Part shown: positions 38,273-50,505 of the stretch, in pieces
How positions within the stretch are numbered: the stretch's first letter is position 1
How the letters are laid out: each line of letters opens with the position of its first letter
Assembly: GCA_030390025.1 (NCBI GenBank)
Contig: CM059437.1
Coordinates: forward strand, 23,870,001 to 23,934,000
Direction: 5' to 3'
DNA: 64,000 nt
Origin: Squalus acanthias
Lineage: Eukaryota
Made by a program: the position numbers and the translations under genes
The notes under the pieces: model-generated
Databases searched by the model: none
Seen by the model: the letters and a program-made list of their open reading frames with translations, nothing else
What the model was told of the DNA's origin: nothing

Positions 38273-38815
38273 CAGGAAACTCGCGTTTAAACGGCACCTA
38301 AATATCCGGAATTCTCTATTAACCGGCAAAATTCATACTCCGAAAACAACACCTCAATAACCGGAAATGTTGCCGAGTCCGAGCCTCCCGCGGTGGCCGA
38401 GTTAGTCAGTGGGGGTAGTTCTCCAAACTGCCACTGCTTGGCTTCTTGGCACTGTCGGAAGTCCGAACACCTCAATAACAGGAGTCTGACTCTCCCGTGC
38501 TGCCAGTAGTCTCTTCCGATCCACCATTTTTCTGTGTGTCTCTCCATCTTTATTGTGAATTATCTCCCCCATCTTGCATTATGGAATTCCCAAAAGTTGG
38601 TCCAAGCACTGTACTTAATCAAGCATCTTCCACTATCCATTTAACACAACATTCTGTAGGTGAGTACCCAATTACTGTATACTGCACATTTCTTGATTTT
38701 TTTATTTTTGTTTGTTAAAAATAGCCTCGGTAGATAACCCTCTCCGTCATCCAGAATTTTTAATCAACCGGCACCACCCCGGTCCCGTCGGTGCCGGATA
38801 ACAAAGAGTTTCCTG
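38273..38815. mobile_element. Tc1/mariner (pogo/Tigger-like) non-autonomous element
   Basis: TA|CAGGAAACTC...CGGCACC ... GGTGCCG...GAGTTTCCTG|TA: about 26-bp TIR with TA duplication. Confidence 0.85.
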
Positions 38816-39252
38816 TAGTCGGATTATCGCTCAAGAGGTGCAACGTCTAGTCACAGAACACTGACCCAGATAGAATTATTTTATTTTCTAATGCAGGCTG
38901 AGAAGAACACTCATTACTCCCCTAATCAAAACAAAAACAGCAAAAAGAAGACAAGCCAGTTAGATTAGATGACATTTTCTACTCCACCCCTTGTCATGCT
39001 GAGTCCACTTCTGTGGTCCTCAACCCTCGTCATTTCTGGGTCCCCTCCTGTTCACGCCATTCATAAAAGGAAGAGAATACTTCCATTCATACTAAAAAAA
39101 GAAATGATGGCACCAAACGAGATGGTCAGATAATGATTGTGAGAGATTAATAGCATTCAGTGGCATTGGAACCAATTAAGCAAATGGGCTAAGGAATGAG
39201 AGATGGATTTAAATGTAAAGTTATACACATCGCAATAGGAAGTATATTGAAG

Positions 39253-39391
39253 AAAATAACTTGCATTTATATAGTGCCTTTCATGACCTCAGGACATCCC
39301 AAAGCCATTCACATCAAATGAAGTACTTTTGAAGTGTATTCACCTTCTGGCTTAGAGATAAGAGTGCGATCACTGAGCCAAAGCTGACACC
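39253..39391 (-). mobile_element. DeuSINE with large internal deletion (tail joined to head)
   Basis: ACTTGCATTTATATAG...TTTTGAAGTGTA joined to CACTGAGCCAAAGCTGACAC. Confidence 0.7.
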
Positions 39392-40371
39392 AAAATACGC
39401 AAGGAAGAGGTATCTGAAGCCAATATTATCAAGGCTATCATGATGCCTTTCTGAATTCAGCATTGCATTCCCACTCTCCTATTAATACTCACCAATCCAT
39501 CTGAAATAATATCGCCTCATCTAACAATTGATACCAAAAATTCTAGATTCCTAACAAACAATTACATCAAATATTTGTCACGAGCTTTAAGTTTCCTTCC
39601 ACTTGCACCACTACTGCACGTCAGAAGGGAGAAATGTCTTTACCATGTATTATCTTAGACAAAGAATAAAACTCTACTTCAAACCATTAAAACTACTGGA
39701 ATACATTTTCACTTGGAAATGAAGAACAAAGCTGTATTATTCTTTCAGGTTATTTCTGACAATCTCCACGGAAGTCTGCAGCAGAAAGGCCAGTTCCAAA
39801 TAACTTGCCATTTACTCAGAATTATTGGATATTGGAAGTCCTCTTCATGCTACAAATCCTATTCTGGAATGAATCTATTACGGATTCAACTCTGACACAC
39901 ATCTTGCTGTGTAAACTAACACATGGGTCATCCTGGTACAAAAATATACCCTATTTTCTGAGATTCAAGTATGATGCTGGTGTTGAACAACTAAATAAAC
40001 AGCACTGGAGAGAGACGAAGTCCATCTCTGCTTATCGTTAAGCAACTTGAGATATCAATGTGGTGACATGTCATCAGTGCATTGCACGTCTGTCTGAGGT
40101 GCCTACCTACCCAGCTGGGCTATAAAGTCCAAGGGCGTTTTAGATCTAGCCATATGGCCAAGAGTCCAATGGGTGGTGGGTTGCCCAATTAGGGAAAGGA
40201 TCCAAATAGTTCCAACAAATGGAATAACTGGTCAACACAGAATGGGTGGAGAAGGTTGATATTGTATAGATGCTCTGCCTTTAGTATATTTAGTAAATGA
40301 GATAGCATAAAACATGCACAAGACAGTTAAGGCAGTATTGATTCATTAACTTTTTATGTACTTTGACTCCT

Positions 40372-40558
40372 GGGATAGATTTTCATCTTTACCACCTCCG
40401 CTTGGGCAGAGCACAGAAAGGAAAATCTGGCAGCACGGATCACACACCATTGAAATTAACAGAAGGAAAATCCAGCAGCTTCTGTAAGGGGCATGCAAAC
40501 CTTCCCGTCAGACTTTCCTTTCTACACTGTCCCCAGGGTAGAGACAAAAATCTAGCCC
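40372..40558. mobile_element. Small palindromic MITE
   Basis: GGGATAGATTTT...AAAATCTAGCCC, central CATTGAAATTAA. Confidence 0.65.
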
Positions 40559-40784
40559 CTCAAGTCCAAAATCAGACCGCTGGAAACTGTAGGGACTCCT
40601 CGGTACAGAATCCTAAATCCAACATGTAAACATTGCAATCTTGAACTTTAACAGCGGTATCTAGAGCTAACCATGTTAAAGTTTAATGCAAATATGAATG
40701 CAACAGGGGTACAAAATGGCACCAATGGTTGTGCAGTGCCAGAACATATATCATGCATGGGCAATCAGAATGACACTATAAATC

Positions 40785-41250
40785 ATCTAAGGAAGGATAT
40801 ACTTGCCATAGAGGGAGTGCAACAAAGGTTCACCAGACTGATTCCTGGGCTGGGGGGGATTGTACTATGAGAAGAGATTGAGTAGACTAGGCCTATATTC
40901 TCTAGAGTTTAGAAGAATGGGAGGTGATCTCATTGAAACATACAAAATTCTTACAGGGCTTGACAGGGTAGATGCAGGGAGGATGTTTCCCCTGGCTGGG
41001 GAGTCTAGAACCAGGGGTCACAGTCTCAGAATAAGGGGTCGGCCATTTACAACTGAGATGAGGAGAAATTTCTTCTCTGAGGGTGGTGAATGTTTGGAAT
41101 TCTCTACCCCAGAGGGCTGTAGGGGCTCAGTCGTTGAGTATATTTAAGACAGAAATTGATAGATTTTTGGATATTAAGGGAATCAAGGGATATAGGGATA
41201 GAGCAGGAAAGTGGAGATGAGGTAGAAGATCAGCCATGATCTTATTGAAT
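40785..41250 (+). mobile_element. CR1/HER1-type LINE 3' fragment
   Basis: LRKDILAIEGVQQRFTRLIPG / LGLYSLEFRRMGGDLIETYKIL (frameshifted); tail TTCTTATGCTCTTAT. Confidence 0.93.
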
Positions 41251-43476
41251 GGCGGAGCAGGCTCGAATGGCCAAATGACCTACTCCTGCCCCTATTTCTT
41301 ATGCTCTTATCCATGAATTCAAATTCACTATAACTAAATAAGACTACTCACTGGGATAGCAGGGCACTGGGATGCAGTCAGGATTTCAGGTATGGGGAAG
41401 GACAAAGACTAATTTCATAGCAGCTGCTAAAATATTCAGACTGGATGCGCCAAATGCTATGGTTTCAAATTTGTTCTCTGTAAAAAACCAAAAAATTGCT
41501 TTTTAAAGCGGAGATACTTTATGATTGCATCAAAGATCAAAGTTGTATTTTATTAAAAAAATTAAGCTTCATACAGGATATTTGGGTTTCTCCACCACAT
41601 ATGATGTACTGTATTGGCTATTTGTAGAGATTTGAGTGGAATAAGAGCCAGGAAGCGTGCTGCAAGCTTAAAAACTAATGAGTTCTTAGATACATATGCA
41701 TGGGAGCCATGCATAAATAAAGGAAATCATATTTGAGAGGCTGTGAACATTATGATAAATGTATGTATGGGACAATTAATTAGCTTCACCACCCACACGG
41801 TGGAAAGAAAAACAATTTTGCAGGAAAATGTATTTCCATTTGTAAGTTACAAAATAAAAGCCTTTAGCAAAATATTTAATTGGAATTAACCCTTTGATGA
41901 GTACTCTGGTATTTCTACACCAGTAAGAACATAACAGGAGCTAGAAAGATTTAATTAGCCCGACTGAACTAACTTAAAATGGCTGGATTTGCAGGTTATA
42001 TTTTGAAAAAAGATTGGAGATTCCTAAAACTGCTCGAGAGTGAAAAGATTAAGAAATTCTGTCCAGTTTTATGCATTTTTAAGTTTTATAAGCAACATCA
42101 GAATTTACAGAAGATAACATAGATCGGAGAAATGAAGAGCATGTTTAAAAACTTTTTAAAAATTAATCAAAAGTTTAAAAAGTTCCTAACAAAGCCATCC
42201 TAACAAAAGGTCAACTTCAGAAACATCTGATGGTGGAAATGACTGACAGTGACGTTATCTACGAGTCTTAAATGTGCTCACATCAAATTCCTCTCTCCAC
42301 TAGAAGTGTTAACGGATTTAAAATAAATAGGTTATTGCCTCCGTTAAAAGAGTGGAGAAAGGAAGGGATATGAACATGCCAAGCATTCATAGAGTAGCAT
42401 TGCTGACAGTTATTCATATCCTATACGGTTTATAATTACACAAATACACAATGATGCCCAATAATATACTTACTGTAAATATAAAATGTAAGATTTCATT
42501 AGGTTATAAATTAATGTAGTCAAGATATGCTAATCAAGAAAGATGCTAATGTTAGCCAGATTGCATTATGTGCCTCGGGGCTTTGATTCTATTGTTAATA
42601 TTCTTACTAAAAGAATCACTGGTGAATTCCATTAATTCATAGTCAATGGACAGAAAGTCGATGATATATCTTTAAAAAAAAAAATCAAATTACTCTTGTG
42701 GTCAGAATACAACCTTGATACACTCACTGCGGTTTAGTCAATAAATAGGGCATAAACTCATTAAATCAGAGTAGATTACAAGACCCTTGCTAATGGGGTT
42801 AGACAGTGCTGTGTTCTGCCCCATTGTACTGTCTCCTCTTGGATCCGTGTTGGGACCGAGCCCTGATGGCCAGCAATCGAAATGTCCAGACATTCCAGCT
42901 TTCAGAACCCCCATTTAAGCCGCATTTCATCCATCATGTCAACACGATACGAAACACTCTCTTGTTCAAATCCTGTTTTCTCCATTGTTTTCAGGGAGGC
43001 CGCACTTGAATTAGGAACAAATCATTGTGGCTTTAATAAGGGGCAAACTGGACTTGTGCAGGATGAAGGGCATTTAGGTGTATTCAGGAATAACTGGAAC
43101 TTCTGCATTTTCTGAATAAAGGAGAGAAGGAATTGCAAAATAAACACCCCACAATATTTTTTTTTATTGTTGGAAGATGTAGAAAGGTGGACAAGAGAGG
43201 AGAAAGGGGAGTATAAGAGAAGTGAGCTGATCTACTGGGTCTTGAACATTTCGCCATCATAGTAGGAGCCAATGCCCTAAAACTTGTCACCACTTCCAAT
43301 CCAATCAATCCATTTACGTAAATGTTTTGAGAAAAGTATAATAAAGGCATGATTTTTTTTCTGGCCTGAATTCAAAAAATTGCAAGCATCTAGTAATCTG
43401 CAAACTTGCTTCACCAAACAGCAATTAAACTCTGGTTGACCTCAGGATCTATTTATATAATTCATCACAAGGGGTA

Positions 43477-43947
43477 GTGTCAGCTGTGGCTCAGTGGGTA
43501 GCACACTTGCCTCTGAGTCAGAAGCTTGTGGGTTCAAGTCCCACTCCAGAGACTTGAGCACATAAAGCTAGGCTGACACTCCAGTGCAGTGCTGAGGGAG
43601 CGCTGCACTGTCGGAGATGTCGTCTTGTGGATGAGATGTTAAACCGAGGCCCTGTCTGCTCTCTCAGGTGGACGTAAAAGATCCCATGGCACTATTTCGA
43701 AGAGGAGCAGGGGAGTTATCCCCGGTGTCCTGGCCAATATTTATCCCTCAACCAACATAACAAAAAACAGATTATCTGGTCCTTAGCACATAGCTGTTTG
43801 TGGGACCTTGCTGTGCGCAAATTGACTGCCGCGTTTCCCACATTACAACAGTGACTCCACTTCAAAAGTTCTTCACTGGCTGTAAAGTGCTTTGAGACGT
43901 CCGGTGATCGTGAAAGGCGCAATATAAATGCAAGTCTTTCTTTCTTT
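43477..43947 (+). mobile_element. Full-length DeuSINE (SacSINE1/AmnSINE1-related)
   Basis: Pol III A box TGGCTCAGTGG and B box GGTTCAAGTCC; Deu-like core GATGAGA.GTTAAACCGAGG...AAAGATCCCATGGCACT...CCCGGTGTCCTGGCCAA; L2-like 3' end plus (TCTT)n. Confidence 0.92.
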
Positions 43948-44781
43948 TACTTGTGAAGTGGTCTTAAAGGAACAGGCCAGGTTTTCAGATAAACATCACC
44001 AAGCTCCACACTATCTGCAAGTAATGCCACAGGAGGTCAGATAATGTTTCCTGAAAAGCTCATACACAAAAGTTCTGGCTTGCTGGGGAGTTGTGCTTGA
44101 GTTTGCTCTATCTGCAGTGTCAACTGCCCTGTACAGCAAAGCTGGCGGTCTTGGAAAGGTTTGATTGGAATGTTAATAGTCTTTTCATCCTTCAGTGGTC
44201 AATGCATTAAAGAGGGCCATTTCTCACTCATTGTATTATGAACTTACAATTTGTACCCGGGTAGGGAGAAAGACCGGCTACAGAAAAAGTCAGTCAGCAC
44301 TCGGTAGGCCTTTCCTTGTGGTGTTTATTCTTGTGCGCGAAACAAAATAAATGTTGGTGGCTTTACCTCAATTACCGGAAAGCTGAAGGATGGGAAGAAA
44401 TACTGCAGACTCCAGCAAAACACTAGTGGGTTGGCAGGTATATGACTGATGTATTGTTTATTTTTCATTTTCTAATGGTTTTGTTGAATGGCTCCTATTG
44501 TATGTGTTTTTCCTTCACAGATGAGAAGCTTTTATTGATGGTACACGCCTAAATATATGATCTGCTTCTTCCTGCAGCCAGTCGTTGTAGGCCGAGTTGA
44601 GATGTAGGCCGAGTTGAGATGTGAGAAAGGATAAACTAAAGTTCATGTCAAAGAGCTGACAATACAAAATATATGTAAAATAAAATTTAAAAGCTCCAAT
44701 TACACAGACAATTAATCTATTTGGTACTTAATTTTCAAACATGGAAAATACCATTGCTTAGACCACAAAACATGGGCAAAA

Positions 44782-45585
44782 ATATGGTAGATGGAGTTTA
44801 ATATGGGAAGTGTGTTGCCATCCACTTTGGATCAGAGAAAGACAAATCGGAATATTTTCTTAATTATGGGAGACTAGGAGCTGTGGAGGAGCAAAGCGAT
44901 TTAGGTATCCATGGAAACAAATCACTAAAAGAATGTGCACAAGTACAAAAAGTAATCAAAAAGGCTAATTGAATGTTGGCCTTTACCTCAAGGGGGTTGG
45001 AATATAAAAGTGATGAAGTGATACTTCAGCTTTATAGAGCCATGATCAGACTCCTCTGGAGTACTGCGGTCAGTTTTTGGCCACTGCTCCTCAGGAAAGA
45101 TACATTGGCCTTGGAGGGGGTACAGCGCAGATTCACCAGAATGATACTGGGGCAGAAAGGGTTAAATTATGAGGACAGGTTGCATAAACTTGGTTTGTAT
45201 TCCCTTGAGTTTAGAGGATTGAGGGGCGAGCTAATTGAGGTGTTTAAAATGATAAAGGGATTCAACAGGGCAGATAGAGAGCAACCATTTCCTCTGATGG
45301 GGGAATCCAGAACAAAAGGGCACAATCTTAAAATAAGAGAGGCCATTTAGGAGTGAAATCAGGAAGCACAAAGGGTAGTGGAAATCTGGAAATCTTTCTC
45401 CCAAAAGGCTGTGGGTGCTGGGTCAATTGAAATTTTCAAGACCGAGATCTATAGATTTTTGTTAGGTAAGGGCATCAAGGGATATGGAGCAAAGACGGGT
45501 AAATGAAGTTGAGCTATAGATCAGCCATGATCTAACTAAATGGCGGGACGGGTTCGAGGAGCTGAATGGCCTCCTCCTGTTCCTA
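44782..45585 (+). mobile_element. Decayed CR1 LINE 3' fragment
   Basis: MLAFTSRGLEYKS...LEGVQRRFTRMI...LGLYSLEFR; ends GCTGAATGGCCTCCTCCTGTTCCTA. Confidence 0.92.
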
Positions 45586-45639
45586 CTGCAGTTCTTAATG
45601 TATTCATTTCATAAAGAATATAATTGAACTTTTTAAAAT

Positions 45640-45815
45640 TTTCTCCCTTGACCATTCTGTATTGAAGATGCTGGTTCGTGCTACAGTTTTACGGGGACTG
45701 CCAGACCCTCAGTACCTCACCAAATGGCCATTCTTCAGGTGTGAGCCGAGACAGTCAATGACAGCAGGCTACTCAACCATAGAGGGATCATCATAACGGA
45801 GTCCAATTCGCTCCT
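45640..45815 (-). mobile_element. SINE family B fragment
   Basis: AGTACCTCACCAAATGGCCATTCTTCAGGTGTGAGCC. Confidence 0.6.
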
Positions 45816-45894
45816 TAAACAACATGTACTTTCCTAAAGGGGGGTCTATAGATAATAATCAGGAACAGGGATCCTGATGCAGTGCAACAGTGTA

Positions 45895-46303
45895 CAGTGC
45901 AGCACCATGCAGCACTGCAGCAAGCAGCATTGCACCATGCGGTATAACACCATGCAGCATTGCACCATGCGGTATAACACCATGCAGCATTGCACCATGC
46001 GGTATAACGCCATGCAGCATTGCACCATGCGGTATAACGCCATGCAGCATTGCACCATGCGGTAGAACGCCATGCAGCATTGCACCATGCGGTATAACGC
46101 CATGCAGCATTGCACCATGCAGTATAACGCCATGCAGCATTGCACCATGCGGTATAACGCCATGCAGCATTGCACCATGCGGTATAACGCCATGCAGCAT
46201 TGCACCATGCGGTAGAACGCCATGCAGCATTGCACCATACGGTATAACACCATGCAGCATTGCACCATGTGGTATAACACCATGCAGCATTGCACCATGC
46301 GGT
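45895..46303. repeat. 30-bp minisatellite, about 13 units (CATGCAGCATTGCACCATGCGGTATAACGC)
   Basis: Directly visible head-to-tail array with few substitutions and a degenerate left edge. Confidence 0.97.
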
Positions 46304-47532
46304 GAATTGACCGGCTGAGTCATCAATCATCAAACGTTTAAATCACTGAACAAATATTTCCAATGCTTTTTTTTTTACAAATTCTGATGCAAAACTACTG
46401 TCCTCAAAGATGTTACAGGCCGATACCATGCTGGACAACCCTTGTAAAAATTGTTTGACCCTCATGGGAAGTCTAAACCTTGTTTTAAATGTTTCCATTT
46501 ACTGAGCATTATCTCACTGAAATTTATCTTCATCATAAAGAAACTGTTTTCTTTTCCCTCGGAGCTAGAGGAATGGCAATTGTTTCACGGTCACGCATGA
46601 GAAATTCCTGCAAGTATTACAACTGTCAGTATTATTTGGGAATGTGTAACACTTTGCAAAGAAAGTGGAGCCGTGCCAGTGACGCAGTGCAGGACCAGTC
46701 TCACAAAACAGTGATTGAGTGAGATCATTTTAATCTGCTGTACAGTTATAACTAAACGATTCATTAAGTGCTTAAGCAGAAGCGGCTCCAGCGGCCTTAA
46801 CATGGAACAAAAGGTCAACACCCCAGCCGCAGTCCAAGGACACAAACCAATACGGTTTTTTTTCCCAGCAATTCCTTGCCAATCTTAAAGCCGAACTGTC
46901 CACAGGAACCACAGTAAATGAAGTGAGAGAAAAAAATTTTGGGGGGGGGGGGGGGGGGTGGAATTAATTTCTTCAACTAACAAAATATTTAACGTCTCTG
47001 CAAATTCATTAGTTTTCTAACCTCCAGTAATTGAATTAAGCGCATGTGACCCATCTTATTGTTAAGAGAGGGTTGAACTGCTTTGAGTTGCTGGATTTCT
47101 TCCGAAGCGTAGCATAGCAACACTCTTTCTCCCGGATAATAATGTATAAAATTGTTCCTTTGTGGGATGGTGGACATGAATAGTGCAAGAGAATCGGCAG
47201 ACTGGAAAGTAAACCCACAATCGGTAAAGCCTCTCTGCAGAATAATCACAAAGCCTGAAAACCCCTGTCACTTGGTGCATCACAGATTCACTGCTATGGA
47301 TATGTGTCTGCAGTTTCTCTGGAGGGTTTTGAAAAGCTGTGAAAGCAATAATGGCGTAATTTACCTTATAGTCCATTTGAGAATATTTTCTGAAACAACT
47401 GCAATTTCTTTTGGAGAAGAATATTGCAGGATACTGTCAATGCTTATTGTATTAGATTACTATAGAAACAGCAATTTAACTGTATGACGTCAATATGGTA
47501 CGTTAATTCCCTATTTATTGCTTTGTGAATTT

Positions 47533-48600
47533 ACTCCCGGTGTGGCAACGCTTCGATTTTAAAATTCTCATCCTGGTTTTCAAATCCCCCCTCCCTATCT
47601 CTGCAACCTCCTCCAGCCCTACAACCCTCCGAGAACACTGCGCTCCTCCAATTCAGGCCCCTTGCGCGTCCGTAACTTTCTTGGCGGCCGTGCCTTCAAC
47701 TGCCTAAGCCCCAAGCTCTGGAATTGCCTCCCTAAACCTCTCTGCTCTCTACCTCTCGCTCCTCCTTAAAGACGTTCCTTAAAACCTACCTCTTTGACCA
47801 AGCTTTTGGTCACCGGTCCTAATATCTCCTTATGTGGCTCAGTGTTCAAATGTTGCTTGATAACACTCCTGTGAAGCGCCTTGTATAAAATTGTTCCTTT
47901 GTGGGATGGTGGACATGAATGGCGCAAGGGGTCTAAATTCGGTTGATGTGTGCCTCCCGTTAGAGCCTGGGCGCGGCGCCACTAAAGCCTCCCGCGAAAT
48001 TCAGCGGGAGGTTAGCGGCGGCGCTAACCGTTAGCGCCGCGCGGCGATGACGTCATCACCGTGCGCAGCACCCCACTCGCACCCCGGCTGTAATATTGGG
48101 TGGCGCCCCCAGAACTACCGCCAGATGCTATGTCCGCTGGGGTCAGGGGAGCCTACCTGCGGCCGGGGCGGCACTAGTTAAAGGGGAGGTGCCGGCGGCC
48201 ATTTTTGTTGCTGGCCGCCTGCCAGCACCTGCCCCCGTTGCTGTCCCCGGACCCCGTGAAGCCCCCCCCCCCCCCCCGCGGGGTGCTGGTTGCTCTCCGT
48301 GAGCCCGGCACTCCTTGATGCCTGGCTCGTTTGCCGGCACTCCCAATGCCTGGTGGCCCAGCTGGGCGCCGGGATGCGCTGCGCCAGGCCCCTCCCCTTT
48401 AATAAGGGGAGGCAGGCCTGCAGTACCGTGGCGATATTGGCTCGCAGCGCCCCAAGAGGGACGCGGGGTGCTTCCAGTAGCGTCCCTCCTCCCTCTCGGG
48501 GCGCTACCTGGGAAAATTGGCGCGGGGGCGCTACCCAATTTTTACCCCCAAGAGTTTTACTATGTTAAAGTCGCTATGTAAATGCAAGTTGTCATTGTGA
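47533..48600 (+). mobile_element. L2 LINE 3' end, interrupted at 47882-48554
   Basis: QRFDFKILILVFKS...CTTAAAACCTACCTCTTTGACCAAGCTTTTGG...GTGAAGCGCCTT; resumes TTTTACTATGTTAAAGTCGCTATGTAAATGCAAGTTG. Inverse of 60014-60488. Confidence 0.88.
47928..48548. mobile_element. GC/CpG-rich MITE (PIF/Harbinger-like), 3-bp TSD CAA
   Basis: CAA|GGGGTCTAAATT...AATTTTTACCCC|CAA; same family as 36156-36813. Confidence 0.9.
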
Positions 48601-48699
48601 CCAAGTGCAGTTCCACTGTCAGTGGCAAAATTAACAACTGGTGCCAGTTAGTACACACCAGCAAGAGCAGCACCTCCAATGGCAATATAAACACTTGAA

Positions 48700-49320
48700 G
48701 GGCTGGATTTTCCTCCACTATACAGCCCAAAATTAGGCAGTTCGGCTTTGGAAAATGAATGGAAATGGAGTGGGGAGGCCGCATCTCCTCCTCAGCCAAC
48801 GCTACAGGGAATTTTCCTCTCTAATCCCCAGCAGGAAACTTGGCCTCCTGCCTCTTGGCCACCCTGCCACATTTAAATGACAGTGGGGGAGCAGGGCCTG
48901 GGAAACCAGGCAAATTTCCTTGCCTCGTGGGTGGTAGTACAATTGGTAGCAGGAATCCTGCTATTGCCATTGTCGGAGGGACAGAAACCTAGCAATGGGC
49001 ACCTCTATTTCTCTTCAGGCCCCTTACCTGGAGCTGGAAGGTCTGTGGCTCGGACAGCCTCTCCATTGGGGACACTTCTGTCTCTTTTAAATGTGACTCC
49101 TCCACCTGGAGGTGCTGCGGCACCACTGAATTTGGCTGGCCAGCAGCAGCAGGGTCCCTCTGTGTGGTGGGAGGCAAATCCAGGCCATGCTGCCAGAGGC
49201 TAAGTGTTGTTTTTGAGTGGCGACGGGCTTAGCTTTGAACCGCCCACACCTGCCCCCTATAGGCAGTTTACACGCCTGCATTTGTTTCGATGTTAGCCTC
49301 AACACTGTAGAAACCATCCT
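48700..49320. mobile_element. Old Harbinger-like non-autonomous element
   Basis: Starts GGGCTGGATTTTC; GC-richer block; right end degenerate. Confidence 0.45.
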
Positions 49321-49854
49321 GCATTATAAAGGGCTCCACTTCTTACAGCACAGGTAGCTTCAGCCAACACTGCAGAACTGCTTCCTGGACCAGTCCTGTA
49401 GTTTAAATGCACCATAAAGTGCATGGTTAGCGGGGGGGGGAAACTTAAATTGTAAGCTAGTAACAAAAACTTCCTAATCCCATTGTTCCATACCTGTGCA
49501 CCACCCCACCTTTTAGATACCCATGACAGGTAGCAATCCCAGTCAATGAGTAGATCATCAGCCCTTACTTCTCTCCCTGATTTTCCTTCCCTTCAATAGG
49601 GAGGTTATCTCCTTTGCTTGAACTGCCAGTCAGTGACGGACACTCTCTGCCTGGAGAATTAGAGGCACCACTGACACTCTGACACTTTGTGGTGCCCGAC
49701 TTTCATACATTGGACTTTACCAGTCCTACATTTGAAGGGTTTAAACGATATCTGACTGAACAGATCACAGAAGCCTACGAGTACTGCTGCTATCAGGTTG
49801 GAGGCTTAAATGGCAGCGGATTCCCTTGCGCTGAATCTGTCAAGCGCTTACTTA

Positions 49855-50097
49855 TTTATCAAACTTCTTTACCCACAGAGCGGTTAGAATGTGGAACTCG
49901 CTACCACAGCGAGTAGTTGAGGCGATTAGCATAGATGCCTTTAAGGGGAAGCTCGATAAGTACATGAGGGAGAAAGGACTAGAGGGACATGCTGATAGGG
50001 TTAGATGAAGTAGAGTGGGAGGAGGCTCGTGTGGACACCAGCATGGACCAGTTGGGCGGAATGACCTGTTTCTCTGCTGTAAATTCGATGTAATTCT
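49855..50097 (+). mobile_element. CR1-type LINE 3' fragment
   Basis: TTCTTTACCCACAGAGCGGTTAGAATGTGGAACTCGCTACC...CTGTTTCTCTGCTGTAAATTC. Confidence 0.85.
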
Positions 50098-50119
50098 ACG
50101 TAAAGCCCAAAGTACAGCA

Positions 50120-50505
50120 TTTCTCCTTTCCTGAATGAATGAATCCCTTCCTGTGGAGCGGTTCCATGATTGCTGGACACTCGTCACTACCTCCAGTAAA
50201 TGACCATTATCCATAGGCGGAGATTGACAGTGAGTATTGACAGGCTATTTGGCCACATGGGGCAGCACAGCCGAGAACGATCCTGTCCTCGCCCAATACC
50301 CACCCTCATACACTGTCCAGCAGGAATCACGGATGCCGATCAGTAGGAGTCACTGAACTCCAATATTCCCTCCCTAATCTAGATGGGAAACTAGATAACG
50401 TTGAAACCAATTGCAGTGCCTCTTACTGCCACCCTGACTATGACCAACTACCTCAGCACCAACAGCTGATTGACCCTGGCACCTGCATAGTCAACATGGC
50501 TCAGC
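50120..50505 (-). mobile_element. SINE family B, reverse copy
   Basis: GACAGTGAG...AGGCTATTTGGCCAC...AACTACCTCAGCAC. Confidence 0.6.

Noticed and set aside
43477-43550. tRNA genes at the SINE heads (also 52448, 33310, 54575)
   Set aside because: A/B boxes run straight into SINE bodies; no complete cloverleaf.
44722-44750. TTTGAAAAT (FEN) on the minus strand as RND2 exon 2
   Set aside because: Followed immediately by TAA; flanks do not encode VPTV or YTAS.
45815-46333. Cys-rich repeat ORFs as a keratin-associated or metallothionein-like protein, or the array as CRISPR
   Set aside because: The frames are open only because the 30-bp unit lacks stops. There are no unique spacers, no cas genes and no exon evidence, and the context is eukaryotic.
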